DNA of 64,000 nucleotides from a virus (Duplodnaviria; Caudoviricetes): IMG/VR virus record IMGVR_UViG_3300012953_000012, positions 64,001 to 128,000 of that record; one strand, 5' to 3'. Shown piece by piece: positions 16,873 to 25,577 of this stretch (position 1 is its first letter; each line of letters starts with the position of its first letter). The notes under the pieces were generated by a model. It saw only the letters and a program-made list of their open reading frames with translations, ran no database searches and was not told where the DNA came from. The position numbers and the translations under genes were made by a program.

Positions 16873-18046
16873 GCTCGTGAGCCGTGAGATCCAGATAGGA
16901 CACCCGTGCCCGCACCTCATCATTGAGGAGGTGGTCGCGTTAGGGGCGGATAAGAAATCACTGTCCACCCGTGCGCCTGTGTCATCAGCCAACAGCGTCA
17001 GGATCCTGGTCAACAATCAGGTCTATGTGCCGCCTGGGGGCCTCTACTCCAAAGCCATTCTTTCGGGAAGCGTGGGTCCTTACCGCATTGAGAAATGCGT
17101 GGGGTTCGCAGGACCGGAAGGCAACACTCTCACCGTGACGGCCTCGCAAGGGACTGTGACCGTTGACCTCCCCCTGTCGCAACGCCTCAGCGTGGATCGG
17201 CTGGTCCGCGCCTTGAAGTTGACGCCTCTGGATGGTCTGGTTGGGATCACCAGCGTCAACGGCTCGGTGACGTTCACGGACAACCACGCCACAGGCTCGG
17301 AGTCCGTGGTCAAGGTCAGCGGCGACGGTGCCGATTCTTTGGGTTTCGTTCAACGGGGGGCTCGCGGGCGAGAAATCTATCCGGGGTGGACCCTGGTTTC
17401 GCGACCGGACGTGCTTCCGAGTGCTGATCTGCGCGGGCTGTTCCCTGTTCCTGCCCGGTATCCTCGCTTCAAGAAGCCGGTTCCCAACGGGTCGGACTTC
17501 AAGGTCACCTACACCGCGATGCCCGAGAGGTGTCCCCGGTGCCAGGCCACCTACATCGAGAACGACTACCGCTTCAACCAGATGGGCGAGGTACGGACCA
17601 TCATCAACGAAGACCTCCTCTATCAGGCGTGCTTGAAAGCGATCCTGACGAGGAAGGGGTCGAACCCGTACCACACAGGCTATGGATCCTCCATCATGAC
17701 CCGTGTCGGGCGCAAGCGGATGGCAGCAGCCGCTGGAGCCATCCGGCAGGACATTATCCAGGCACTCCGAGGGGTCCAGGGCATTCAAGGAGGTCAGCGG
17801 AAGTTCCAGCAGGTGACTGACCGAGAGAGGCTGTACCGCGTCGAGGATGTGTCCGTGACCCCCACGGATGATCCCACGGTCGTGCGTGTCGGTGTGGTCG
17901 TCGTCAACGGCAGCAACCAACCTGTATCGCTGAACATCGTCTACTCGGCTCCGGGGGCGATAGCCCTCGCTGGGTCCAACGGTCAGTCCCTCGGGGTCTC
18001 GGGTCTGTCGCAATCCCAAACACGACGCTTCCTGATGGACGGGTAG
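16871..18046 (+). CDS. Baseplate wedge subunit with C-terminal gp25-like domain
   Basis: C-terminal GSNPYHTGYGS...QDIIQAL...ERLYRVEDVSV resembles gp25/GpW; precedes baseplate J-like gene. Confidence 0.65.
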   Translation: MLVSREIQIGHPCPHLIIEEVVALGADKKSLSTRAPVSSANSVRILVNNQVYVPPGGLYSKAILSGSVGPYRIEKCVGFAGPEGNTLTVTASQGTVTVDLPLSQRLSVDRLVRALKLTPLDGLVGITSVNGSVTFTDNHATGSESVVKVSGDGADSLGFVQRGARGREIYPGWTLVSRPDVLPSADLRGLFPVPARYPRFKKPVPNGSDFKVTYTAMPERCPRCQATYIENDYRFNQMGEVRTIINEDLLYQACLKAILTRKGSNPYHTGYGSSIMTRVGRKRMAAAAGAIRQDIIQALRGVQGIQGGQRKFQQVTDRERLYRVEDVSVTPTDDPTVVRVGVVVVNGSNQPVSLNIVYSAPGAIALAGSNGQSLGVSGLSQSQTRRFLMDG

Positions 18047-18055
18047 AGGTAAGGC

Positions 18056-21000
18056 ATGTCAGACACATTGATCTACAGCCCGGACGGCAAACTCACGCAA
18101 ACGGTCAACTTCAGCACCACGCGGCAGACCCGATTCTTTGAGGGGGTCCTCCCTCAGGACGCTGCGGAAGTGCTGGTCTCCATCAACGGGAGTGGGTTTT
18201 CCAGTGATGAGAGCCTGGTCCAGTGGGGGGACGGGGTGTGGACCATCCCCAGCCCGCTCTATGAGCCGGACGGGTTGGTCCTCCTGGAGGGAGTCAACAC
18301 GGTCGAGATCAAAGCCATCCTCGGCAACGGCTCCGCGACCCCGACAGCCAGCGCGACGGTTCGCCTCACCACTGACCAGGATGTGCTCCTGACCGTGGGG
18401 TCACCGACCAACATTTCCATGACGCAGGAGAACGACACCGTCACCGTGCGGGCCGAAGCCCCTGAGACAGCAGACGGGTTCCAGGGCATGAACTACTACG
18501 CCTCGGCAAACGCCGGGGGAGGGGTCAGCGGCTACACCCGGATCAACGTGTCGCTGGTGGCCGATGGCCTCGCCCGGCAGGAGGTCCAGCAGTTTGCCGC
18601 ACAAGCGGTGGACCTCCCCGTGCAAGTGGATGCTGACGGCAACCCGACAGCCGATCCGATGTACTACCGCCTCACAGGCCGACAGGAGGACGAAGACGAA
18701 GGGGTGCTCGTCACCGACTACAATGAGCGGTACGAGGTCCCTGAGACAGCCCGGACCATCCGCTTGAACATGACCTTGGACCAGGTGCGGGACGTGGTCT
18801 CCTACGACTTCACCCACAACCGCTCAGGCTCCCCGCAGTCCACCCCGGCGACCGTCCGGGTGAGTGAGTTTGTCAACCTGAGCCCCTCTTCGCCCCTCTA
18901 CTACGTCGTCACAGCAGTCTTCTACGACCGGGTGACGGACACTGAGTACGAGTCGGCATACTCAGCCGAGGTTGTAGGCCAGCCTATGCAGGTGACGACG
19001 GCCATCGGATCGATCCCAACGGTCTCTCGTCAGAACATCGTCACGCAGTTCGTCAGGGCCATCTTCCGATCCAACCCTCAGATCAAGGTCGAGGCCGGGT
19101 CAGTGCTCCGGGACACGGTGATCGATCCGTACTCCTCCGAGAGTGAGCGGCTGCGGTTCCTGCTGGATTTCTACCAGCGTGCGAGAACCCCGACACTACT
19201 CCTCCAGATCGATGACCCCACCGCCAGTGGGACCAGCATCCCTGTGGCACAGTCCTCCTACAAGCAAGCACTCCAGTCGGCGCTGTACCTGGACAATGCC
19301 CTCGCCACACAAGGGCTGATTGACTCGGCCTTTGAGTCGTATGCCAGCAACTTCGGCCTTCAGCGGAAGTCCGGGATCGGTGCGCGTGGTGAGGTGCTGT
19401 TTTTCACCCGCACCAAACCACAGTCCTCCCTCGTGATCCCGTTGGGGACGATTGTGTCTGGCGGGGGTTCCAACTTCGCCACCTCAAGGGCCGCATCCAT
19501 CTCGTCGGCCCAGATCGCTTCCTACTACAACCCGGTCAACGGCTACTATCAGATCTCAGTGCCGGTCCAGGCCACGACAACAGGGTCGAACACCAACGTC
19601 GGCACCGGCCAGATCACGAGCGTGATCTCCACCCTCGGTGTCTCCCTGTCCGTCACCAACCTGGCAGCGATGATTGGGGGGCGGGATGGGGAGTCGAACC
19701 TCTCATTGACGGCGCGAGTCCAGAACCGCCTGGCCTCTGTGGACTCGGGAACGGAGCGTGGGTACTTGCAGACAGCAGCGGACGTTCCGGGCGTGGTCAA
19801 GGCCAATGTCGTGGCAGCGGGCAACCCCCTCATGCAGCGCGATCTCAATGCAGACGGGCAACACATGGGCGGCAAGGTGGACATCTGGGTGCAAGGCACC
19901 AATCTGGCATCGTTGACTGACAACTTCGCCTTCACCTTTGAGATCGCCCAGGACATCCAGTTTCAGATCCTCAGTGTGCCGGACCTGACGTTCCGGGCGT
20001 TGGACCCTGACCTGTCATCGGCTGACCCCATCGTTGAGATGCTGGATGACCCGGACATCGGGTATGAGATGAGAAACGCATCCACGGGCGAGGTCTTTGA
20101 TCTCGCTGGGGTCAAGGTGCTTTCCTATGACACCATCCAGTTGGACACCTCGGTCTCTCAGCCAGCCGTGGACCTCACCGACGTGGTCCTGGCCTCGTAC
20201 CGGCGGCGAACAGGAAGTAAGTTTGTCCTCCTGCGGCAGCCTGCTGAGGAGATCGTCTCTGTCGTGGGGTCGGTCAGCGGGACTCTCCCTACTGATTCCT
20301 ATCTCCTGAACCACCCCGATGCCCCCCTCGCTTACGGGCGCTCCACCCTGGCCGAGGACTCCCTTCAGATCGACGGTTACAGGGACGCGAATGGCAACAC
20401 CATTCCCAGCGGGGACAGCATCACGGTGACGGACGAGCCTCATGTCATGGTCGGCCAGTACGCTGAGTTCCTGGACAGCCTGGGGGCCAACTACTTGACC
20501 ATCGTGGTCAAGAGCGCGGACGGACTCATCACCTACAACGGACCCAACGACCCTTCCGGTGCGCCGGACTACCAGGTGACCCTGGGGACGCAGACCGTAG
20601 CAGTGAGCATCACCCGGACAGACGCGAGCACGATCCCCAACGGGGCTTCCGTGCTGGTCTCCTACGAGCACGACGAGAACTTCACCGTCACCTACACTAC
20701 GAATCTCATTGTCTCCACCACCCAGAACGCGGTTGACTTGCAGAAGCACGCGACCGCTGATGTAGTGGTGAAGGACGCCATCCCGGCCCCTCTCGACATT
20801 GAGGCAACGGTGGTCGTGCGGCAGGGGCGTGAGACCTCAAAGGTGGACGCGGACCTGCGAACCAACATGGCCACCTTCTTCACCAATCTGCGCCTGGGTG
20901 ATCCCGTCCGGCAGTCGGACATCATCGACGTCATCGAGCAGACCAGTGGAGTCTCGTATGTGGTGGTCCCCCTGAACCTGTTGGCCCGCTCGACTGGAAG

Positions 21001-21517
21001 CACAGTCGTTCGGGAAGACATTTCCACGGACACCGTGTCGGAGAGCGTCCTGCTGACGTCCCTCTCGTCCAACCAAAGCATCGTCTACATCCTCACTGAG
21101 AACCTCTCAGCGGCTACCGTCAACGGTGGTGGGGGAGCCGGTGAGTTCCGGGCCGTCTTCCAGGACGAGGTCGAGATGAACCTGCTTCCGGCAGCCGCCA
21201 CACTGGTGACACTGGGCACGGAACCCGGCTCATCCTACATCGTCGGAAGTGATGGTGTGGTGATCGAAGGGTACTCGGATGACGAGACCTTGAAGACGCA
21301 AGGCTACGTTACGGACAAGGCCATCACCCAGCAGCGCAGGGCACTGACCGCGAACCGGGTGTTGGTATCTGTCACCCCTGGTGATGCTCCCACAGAGCAC
21401 CAGTACGCTACCACCTATGTGGTGGGGGAGGGCGCTGGAGCCAGGAACGTCGAGCCTGGTGGTGCGGAGTACTGCACCGAAGGCTTCCTCACATTCACCT
21501 ACGACGAGGATCGGTGA
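18056..21517 (+). CDS. Baseplate wedge protein (gp6/GpJ-like)
   Basis: GSVLRDTVIDP, ASNFGLQRKSG...ARGEVLF, GGRDGESN...RVQNRLAS, VPGVVKANVV typical of baseplate J. Confidence 0.8.
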   Translation: MSDTLIYSPDGKLTQTVNFSTTRQTRFFEGVLPQDAAEVLVSINGSGFSSDESLVQWGDGVWTIPSPLYEPDGLVLLEGVNTVEIKAILGNGSATPTASATVRLTTDQDVLLTVGSPTNISMTQENDTVTVRAEAPETADGFQGMNYYASANAGGGVSGYTRINVSLVADGLARQEVQQFAAQAVDLPVQVDADGNPTADPMYYRLTGRQEDEDEGVLVTDYNERYEVPETARTIRLNMTLDQVRDVVSYDFTHNRSGSPQSTPATVRVSEFVNLSPSSPLYYVVTAVFYDRVTDTEYESAYSAEVVGQPMQVTTAIGSIPTVSRQNIVTQFVRAIFRSNPQIKVEAGSVLRDTVIDPYSSESERLRFLLDFYQRARTPTLLLQIDDPTASGTSIPVAQSSYKQALQSALYLDNALATQGLIDSAFESYASNFGLQRKSGIGARGEVLFFTRTKPQSSLVIPLGTIVSGGGSNFATSRAASISSAQIASYYNPVNGYYQISVPVQATTTGSNTNVGTGQITSVISTLGVSLSVTNLAAMIGGRDGESNLSLTARVQNRLASVDSGTERGYLQTAADVPGVVKANVVAAGNPLMQRDLNADGQHMGGKVDIWVQGTNLASLTDNFAFTFEIAQDIQFQILSVPDLTFRALDPDLSSADPIVEMLDDPDIGYEMRNASTGEVFDLAGVKVLSYDTIQLDTSVSQPAVDLTDVVLASYRRRTGSKFVLLRQPAEEIVSVVGSVSGTLPTDSYLLNHPDAPLAYGRSTLAEDSLQIDGYRDANGNTIPSGDSITVTDEPHVMVGQYAEFLDSLGANYLTIVVKSADGLITYNGPNDPSGAPDYQVTLGTQTVAVSITRTDASTIPNGASVLVSYEHDENFTVTYTTNLIVSTTQNAVDLQKHATADVVVKDAIPAPLDIEATVVVRQGRETSKVDADLRTNMATFFTNLRLGDPVRQSDIIDVIEQTSGVSYVVVPLNLLARSTGSTVVREDISTDTVSESVLLTSLSSNQSIVYILTENLSAATVNGGGGAGEFRAVFQDEVEMNLLPAAATLVTLGTEPGSSYIVGSDGVVIEGYSDDETLKTQGYVTDKAITQQRRALTANRVLVSVTPGDAPTEHQYATTYVVGEGAGARNVEPGGAEYCTEGFLTFTYDEDR

Positions 21518-22482
21518 TGGGCGACGAACTTCATGTCTACGACTTCGACGGGACTCTGTTCCGCAGTCCCCACGCCCCAGCGGTGTGGGACGGCGATTGG
21601 TGGAGTGATCCCGCGAGCCTGCTGCCTCCGTGCGTACCTGAGAAGCCTGGCCCAGCCTGGTGGATTTCTCCGACCGTGGGATCAGCCAAACAGTCGATCT
21701 CCAACTCGGATGTCTTCGCCATTATGATGACCGGACGCCGGGACGCATCTGCCTTCCGCTACCGGGTGCCGGAACTGCTGAAGCAAAAGGGACTCAACTT
21801 CGACGCGGTGCATCTGGCGCAAGGGTCAGGCGACTCGCTGATGGGCAAGATCAAGACCATCAGCAAGTACCTCGCCCGTTACCCGAACATCGACACGGTG
21901 CGGATCTGGGACGACCGGGGGAGCCACCTCCGCAAGTTCAAGAGCCTCCTGGAGCGTGAGGGCTACACTGTCCACATCGACCATGTCCGGGCGAAGTCAG
22001 CCGATCCGCTGTGCAGCGAGATGGACTTCGCTCAGAAGGACACTCCGAAGCAGAAGCCTTCCTACATCGGGGTCTTCCTGGACGCCCGAAGCAAGGCTGC
22101 TCTCGTGAATGAATACAACCTGGCCCACGACAAGGTGAAGACCGACCATGTGACCCTGGGGTTCAAGTTGACCCCAGACCTGGAAGCCATGATCGGGCAG
22201 CCCGTCAAGATGCAGGTGGTCGGCTACGCTGACGATGATCTCGGACAGGCGGTCGCCGTGGACCTTCCGGGCGATGTCCCCTTCGCGAAGAAGGGCATCC
22301 CGCATGTGACCCTGACGCACGACAGGTCAGTGGGGCCGAAGTACAGCAACCAACTACTGGCGGGTGGTCACGACGGAAAGCGCGGACCTGCCTTGACTGG
22401 GATCATCGACACGTTCCCACGGAGGCTCACTCGCAGAACGGCATCGGCGGCTCGGGTGGCTGCACTGCATAAGCGTCGTTGA
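21517..22482 (+). CDS. HAD phosphatase (Swiss-Army-Knife RNA repair type) fused to 2H phosphoesterase
   Basis: LHVYDFDGTLFRSP (DxD), MMTGR, IWDDR; two HxT motifs DHVTL and PHVTL. Confidence 0.75.
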   Translation: MGDELHVYDFDGTLFRSPHAPAVWDGDWWSDPASLLPPCVPEKPGPAWWISPTVGSAKQSISNSDVFAIMMTGRRDASAFRYRVPELLKQKGLNFDAVHLAQGSGDSLMGKIKTISKYLARYPNIDTVRIWDDRGSHLRKFKSLLEREGYTVHIDHVRAKSADPLCSEMDFAQKDTPKQKPSYIGVFLDARSKAALVNEYNLAHDKVKTDHVTLGFKLTPDLEAMIGQPVKMQVVGYADDDLGQAVAVDLPGDVPFAKKGIPHVTLTHDRSVGPKYSNQLLAGGHDGKRGPALTGIIDTFPRRLTRRTASAARVAALHKRR

Positions 22483-22843
22483 TCTCTGCCACGCGAGGAT
22501 CATCGACCCCCAGACCCCGGCACCACGACACTCCCTTGTAGGTGTCAGTCGGTGTCCAGTGGCAACGAGCCTCACCACGCTTGCCCTTCTTCAAGGCTCG
22601 CTCTGCTTTGAGGGCTTCGGAGCGGTCAGCGTAGGGTCCGTAGATGGCCTTCAGTTTCCATGGGCGGTGCTTGCTCGTGTAGCGGCCTCCCCCGACGATC
22701 TCCCCGTTGTGCTGCCGTAGGCGGCGCTTCGGGTCGGTGGTCATGCCGACGTAGTGGAACCCTGGCAGGGGTTTGCCTCGCTTGCCAACGCGAACCTGCT
22801 GGCTCTGGATGACGTAGACGAAGTACGGCTTGGGGTCACCCAT
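22427..22843 (-). CDS. GIY-YIG endonuclease, SLX1-like
   Basis: YFVYVIQ...HYVGMTTDPKRRLRQHNGEIVGGGRYT...RPW; 56-nt convergent overlap with HAD-2H gene. Confidence 0.85.
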   Translation of the reverse strand: MGDPKPYFVYVIQSQQVRVGKRGKPLPGFHYVGMTTDPKRRLRQHNGEIVGGGRYTSKHRPWKLKAIYGPYADRSEALKAERALKKGKRGEARCHWTPTDTYKGVSWCRGLGVDDPRVAEINDAYAVQPPEPPMPFCE

Positions 22844-23222
22844 CGTCCTTCCCTGTTGCTGGTCGAGGCACCGCGCTCTCTACGTCCACGACAGCACGAG
22901 CAGTCTTCGCTGCACGGCCTCGCCTGACAGACGCAGCACGAATCTGAGACCCCACAGGGCCAGCGTCGATCTCACAAGCCACGGAGCAGAAGTGCTGTGG
23001 CTTGACATCGTAGTGGGCGTAAGGCCGACCACAGACGAGACAGTCAGAGGTCGCCATAGCCATCAGTAGACGCAACGCACGACAGCAAGCGTCACAAGGC
23101 CACCCACCACCATCGGAAACACCGTACCGAGACGGGTGAGGAAACCGGGGGTGAACAGGTCTGGGGGGAGGTGGGGGGACATCAGAGGCAGGCTCCATCT
23201 CGCCACACCGCCGCGACCTCAC
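22836..23222 (-). CDS. Hypothetical zinc-binding protein (start uncertain, possibly 23063)
   Basis: CLVCGRPY...FCSVAC; lies between sigma and GIY-YIG genes. Confidence 0.4.
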   Translation of the reverse strand: MRSRRCGEMEPASDVPPPPPRPVHPRFPHPSRYGVSDGGGWPCDACCRALRLLMAMATSDCLVCGRPYAHYDVKPQHFCSVACEIDAGPVGSQIRAASVRRGRAAKTARAVVDVESAVPRPATGKDDG

Positions 23223-24090
23223 GGATCATGCGGAGCATCCGGGCGACCAATGCAGGGGTCTCGCCAATCTCAGCAGCGATTTCTGACTTCCGGTAGCCGT
23301 TCACCATCAACCTGGTGCAGAGTGCGGCTACGTTGGGGTCATAGTCCCTCACCCATGCTTCGTGTCGGACCCGGTCGGTCAGACGCTGGGTAGCGGAAGC
23401 CATCTCCGAGAAGTCGTGCTGTCCCGCATCCACGGTCGCCAGATCGGCACAGGACACATCCTCCATGACCCCTTCGACATTCAGCACTCCAAACTGCTCG
23501 TTTCGGCTGAGACGGGAGTACCGGCGTCGGTAGTTGCTCACGATGCAACCGCAGACCATGTGGACGTAGTGGCCGAAGGAAGACTTGCTGGGGTCGAACG
23601 GGCACTTGCCGTTGTTTCGTACCAGCAGCCCTTTGTAGATCTCCTGGAGGACATCCTCGGGGTCGTAGCCGTACTTGATCACCCGCCTACCGTAGCCTGC
23701 GTAAAACAACTTGCGGACCTCGTGGCCCCGCTTCGCCAGGTCGATACCAGGTGCTTTGGCGATACTCAGTGCCGGGCTGGTCCTGATCTTTGGGACCGTC
23801 TTCTCGACGGTGATCTGCGGGCCGAACATCGTCAGGGTGTCCAGCGTCAAGGCAGGTTCAGGGCGTCGATGGCCCCCACGGCGGAAGTACCTGTCGAATG
23901 TGATCTTCGGATCACGGTGGTGGGGACCTGGTCGGGGGTCGCGGTTGACCAGTGCCATGATGGTCTTCCGGGCGCTCGGGTAACGGACGGAACCACTCGG
24001 CCACTGCACCAGAAATCCATTGGGGTCAGCCACAACCGGGTGGCCTCCGTGTTCAGTGCGGGCGTAGTAAGTTCCTTCCGTTCTCAGCAT
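23182..24090 (-). CDS. Phage RNA polymerase sigma-70-family factor with N-terminal extension
   Basis: Region 2-like YDPEDVLQEIYKGLL...FDPSKSSFGHYVHMV...NYRRR; C-terminal HTH GYRKSEIAAEIGET; CTGGAG RBS. Confidence 0.75.
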   Translation of the reverse strand: MLRTEGTYYARTEHGGHPVVADPNGFLVQWPSGSVRYPSARKTIMALVNRDPRPGPHHRDPKITFDRYFRRGGHRRPEPALTLDTLTMFGPQITVEKTVPKIRTSPALSIAKAPGIDLAKRGHEVRKLFYAGYGRRVIKYGYDPEDVLQEIYKGLLVRNNGKCPFDPSKSSFGHYVHMVCGCIVSNYRRRYSRLSRNEQFGVLNVEGVMEDVSCADLATVDAGQHDFSEMASATQRLTDRVRHEAWVRDYDPNVAALCTRLMVNGYRKSEIAAEIGETPALVARMLRMIREVAAVWRDGACL

Positions 24091-24209
24091 TGGCGATCTC
24101 CAGCGATGTCAAAGGGTGGGGCAAAATCACTCAGGGTGGTTGGTTATCCCACAATACCGACACCAAGTGAAGCGTGACCCCCCACTATCAAGTCTTGACG
24201 GTGGGGTCG

Positions 24210-24224
24210 AATAGTTGCCCTATA
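24210..24224 (+). promoter_or_regulatory. Class L motif AATAG-ttgcc-CTATA
   Basis: Intergenic, upstream of 24330 operon. Confidence 0.65.
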
Positions 24225-24329
24225 CGCCCTCTCCCGGAGAGAGGTTTTGCCCACAAAAACCGTTGCACCTTCACCCGAGGGCGTGGCTCTGCGGCGCATC
24301 GACCGAAAACATCAGCCCGGAGCCTTTTC

Positions 24330-25577
24330 ATGCCTGACCCCACTCCGAGTCAGATCCAGCAAGCCCAGTCCAACATCAGCAACCTGATGGACTGGATCAA
24401 CCATCTGCACAACTACGAGCAGGACGTGATCAACGAGGTCTACGACCAACTGACCGTGTCCTCGCAGCACGATCCGGGGCAGGACTTCATCACCGCGATG
24501 ATGGAGGGAACGCTCAAGAGCATCGGGGCACTCCCTTTCCCAGGTGCGGGGGTGATCGCAGGGTTCACCAGCGCCTTCTTCAGCGTCTACTCCAAGACCA
24601 CGCCGCCCAGCCTCAAGGCTCAGTTTGCCTCGGTGTGGGCACGCTTCAACGCGACTTTTCTCCAGGCCAACCAGGACCTGTCGGACATCTACGCCGACGT
24701 AGCGGGGCACTGGAACGACACCTACACCGACCCTTCGGGCACCGAGTACACCATCTCCCAGATGGGGACAGGCGTGATCAGCGTCCCAGCGGACACGGCA
24801 CCTGAGTACCAGACCATGACAGACACGGCTGTGGCTGCGTACCGGGTCAGCCTCACCAGGTCCCAGATCGGAGGCAAGTGGAAGGTCCTTCAAGACACCT
24901 GCGGCATGAACATGCCTGGCTGGGACGACACGGACGCGAAGAACTGGATCCCAGGCTTCGTGAAGGACCACCCCGCCTTCTACATCCGCTACAGCAGCAT
25001 CCCCGGTGCGTGTTGCACCCCAGGGTCCGAGCAGGTCTACGAGGACCTCATCGGGCAGAGCCAACCCAACGTCTTCAATGACGGAAGCCCTGCCCCTGCC
25101 TCCTTGATGGACTGGCTCTGCAAGACGGACCAGTTTGGCAACGTCACCAACGCCAATGGCCTGGTGACCCGAGATGAGTTGTTCAACGGATGGGACGGTG
25201 CCCTCAAGACAGAAGGCTACTGCATCCCTTCCCCTGCCCCTCCGGTCCCGGTGGCTGACCCCAGCGAGCAGGACCTACGGGACGCGAAGCGTTGGCACAG
25301 GTTGTTCAAGCGCCACAAGAGACGCCGCCTGGAGTGGGGTGTCGTGAAGCGAGCCTACTCGGACGGTGACTTCTTCCATGCGCTGATGCGTGACCCCAGG
25401 GACGCGCTGGCCGACCACCTGGGAGTACCTTTCCCGGCGGGAGCCACCGTCGAGATCATCCGGGAAGAGCCCGGTCAGTACAAGTTGGTCCTGCCCCTGG
25501 CGGGTATTGACTTCAAGAAGTTCAAGAAGCACAAGAAGGGCTGGCTCCAGCGCCTGTTGGGATGGATAAAGAGATGA
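24330..25577 (+). CDS. Helical-bundle protein with C-terminal NHLP-leader-like domain and cationic amphipathic tail
   Basis: GGAG RBS; VKRAYSDGDFFHALMRDPRDALADHLGVPFPAGATVEIIREEPGQYKLVLP matches nitrile-hydratase-like leader pattern. Confidence 0.65.
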   Translation: MPDPTPSQIQQAQSNISNLMDWINHLHNYEQDVINEVYDQLTVSSQHDPGQDFITAMMEGTLKSIGALPFPGAGVIAGFTSAFFSVYSKTTPPSLKAQFASVWARFNATFLQANQDLSDIYADVAGHWNDTYTDPSGTEYTISQMGTGVISVPADTAPEYQTMTDTAVAAYRVSLTRSQIGGKWKVLQDTCGMNMPGWDDTDAKNWIPGFVKDHPAFYIRYSSIPGACCTPGSEQVYEDLIGQSQPNVFNDGSPAPASLMDWLCKTDQFGNVTNANGLVTRDELFNGWDGALKTEGYCIPSPAPPVPVADPSEQDLRDAKRWHRLFKRHKRRRLEWGVVKRAYSDGDFFHALMRDPRDALADHLGVPFPAGATVEIIREEPGQYKLVLPLAGIDFKKFKKHKKGWLQRLLGWIKR

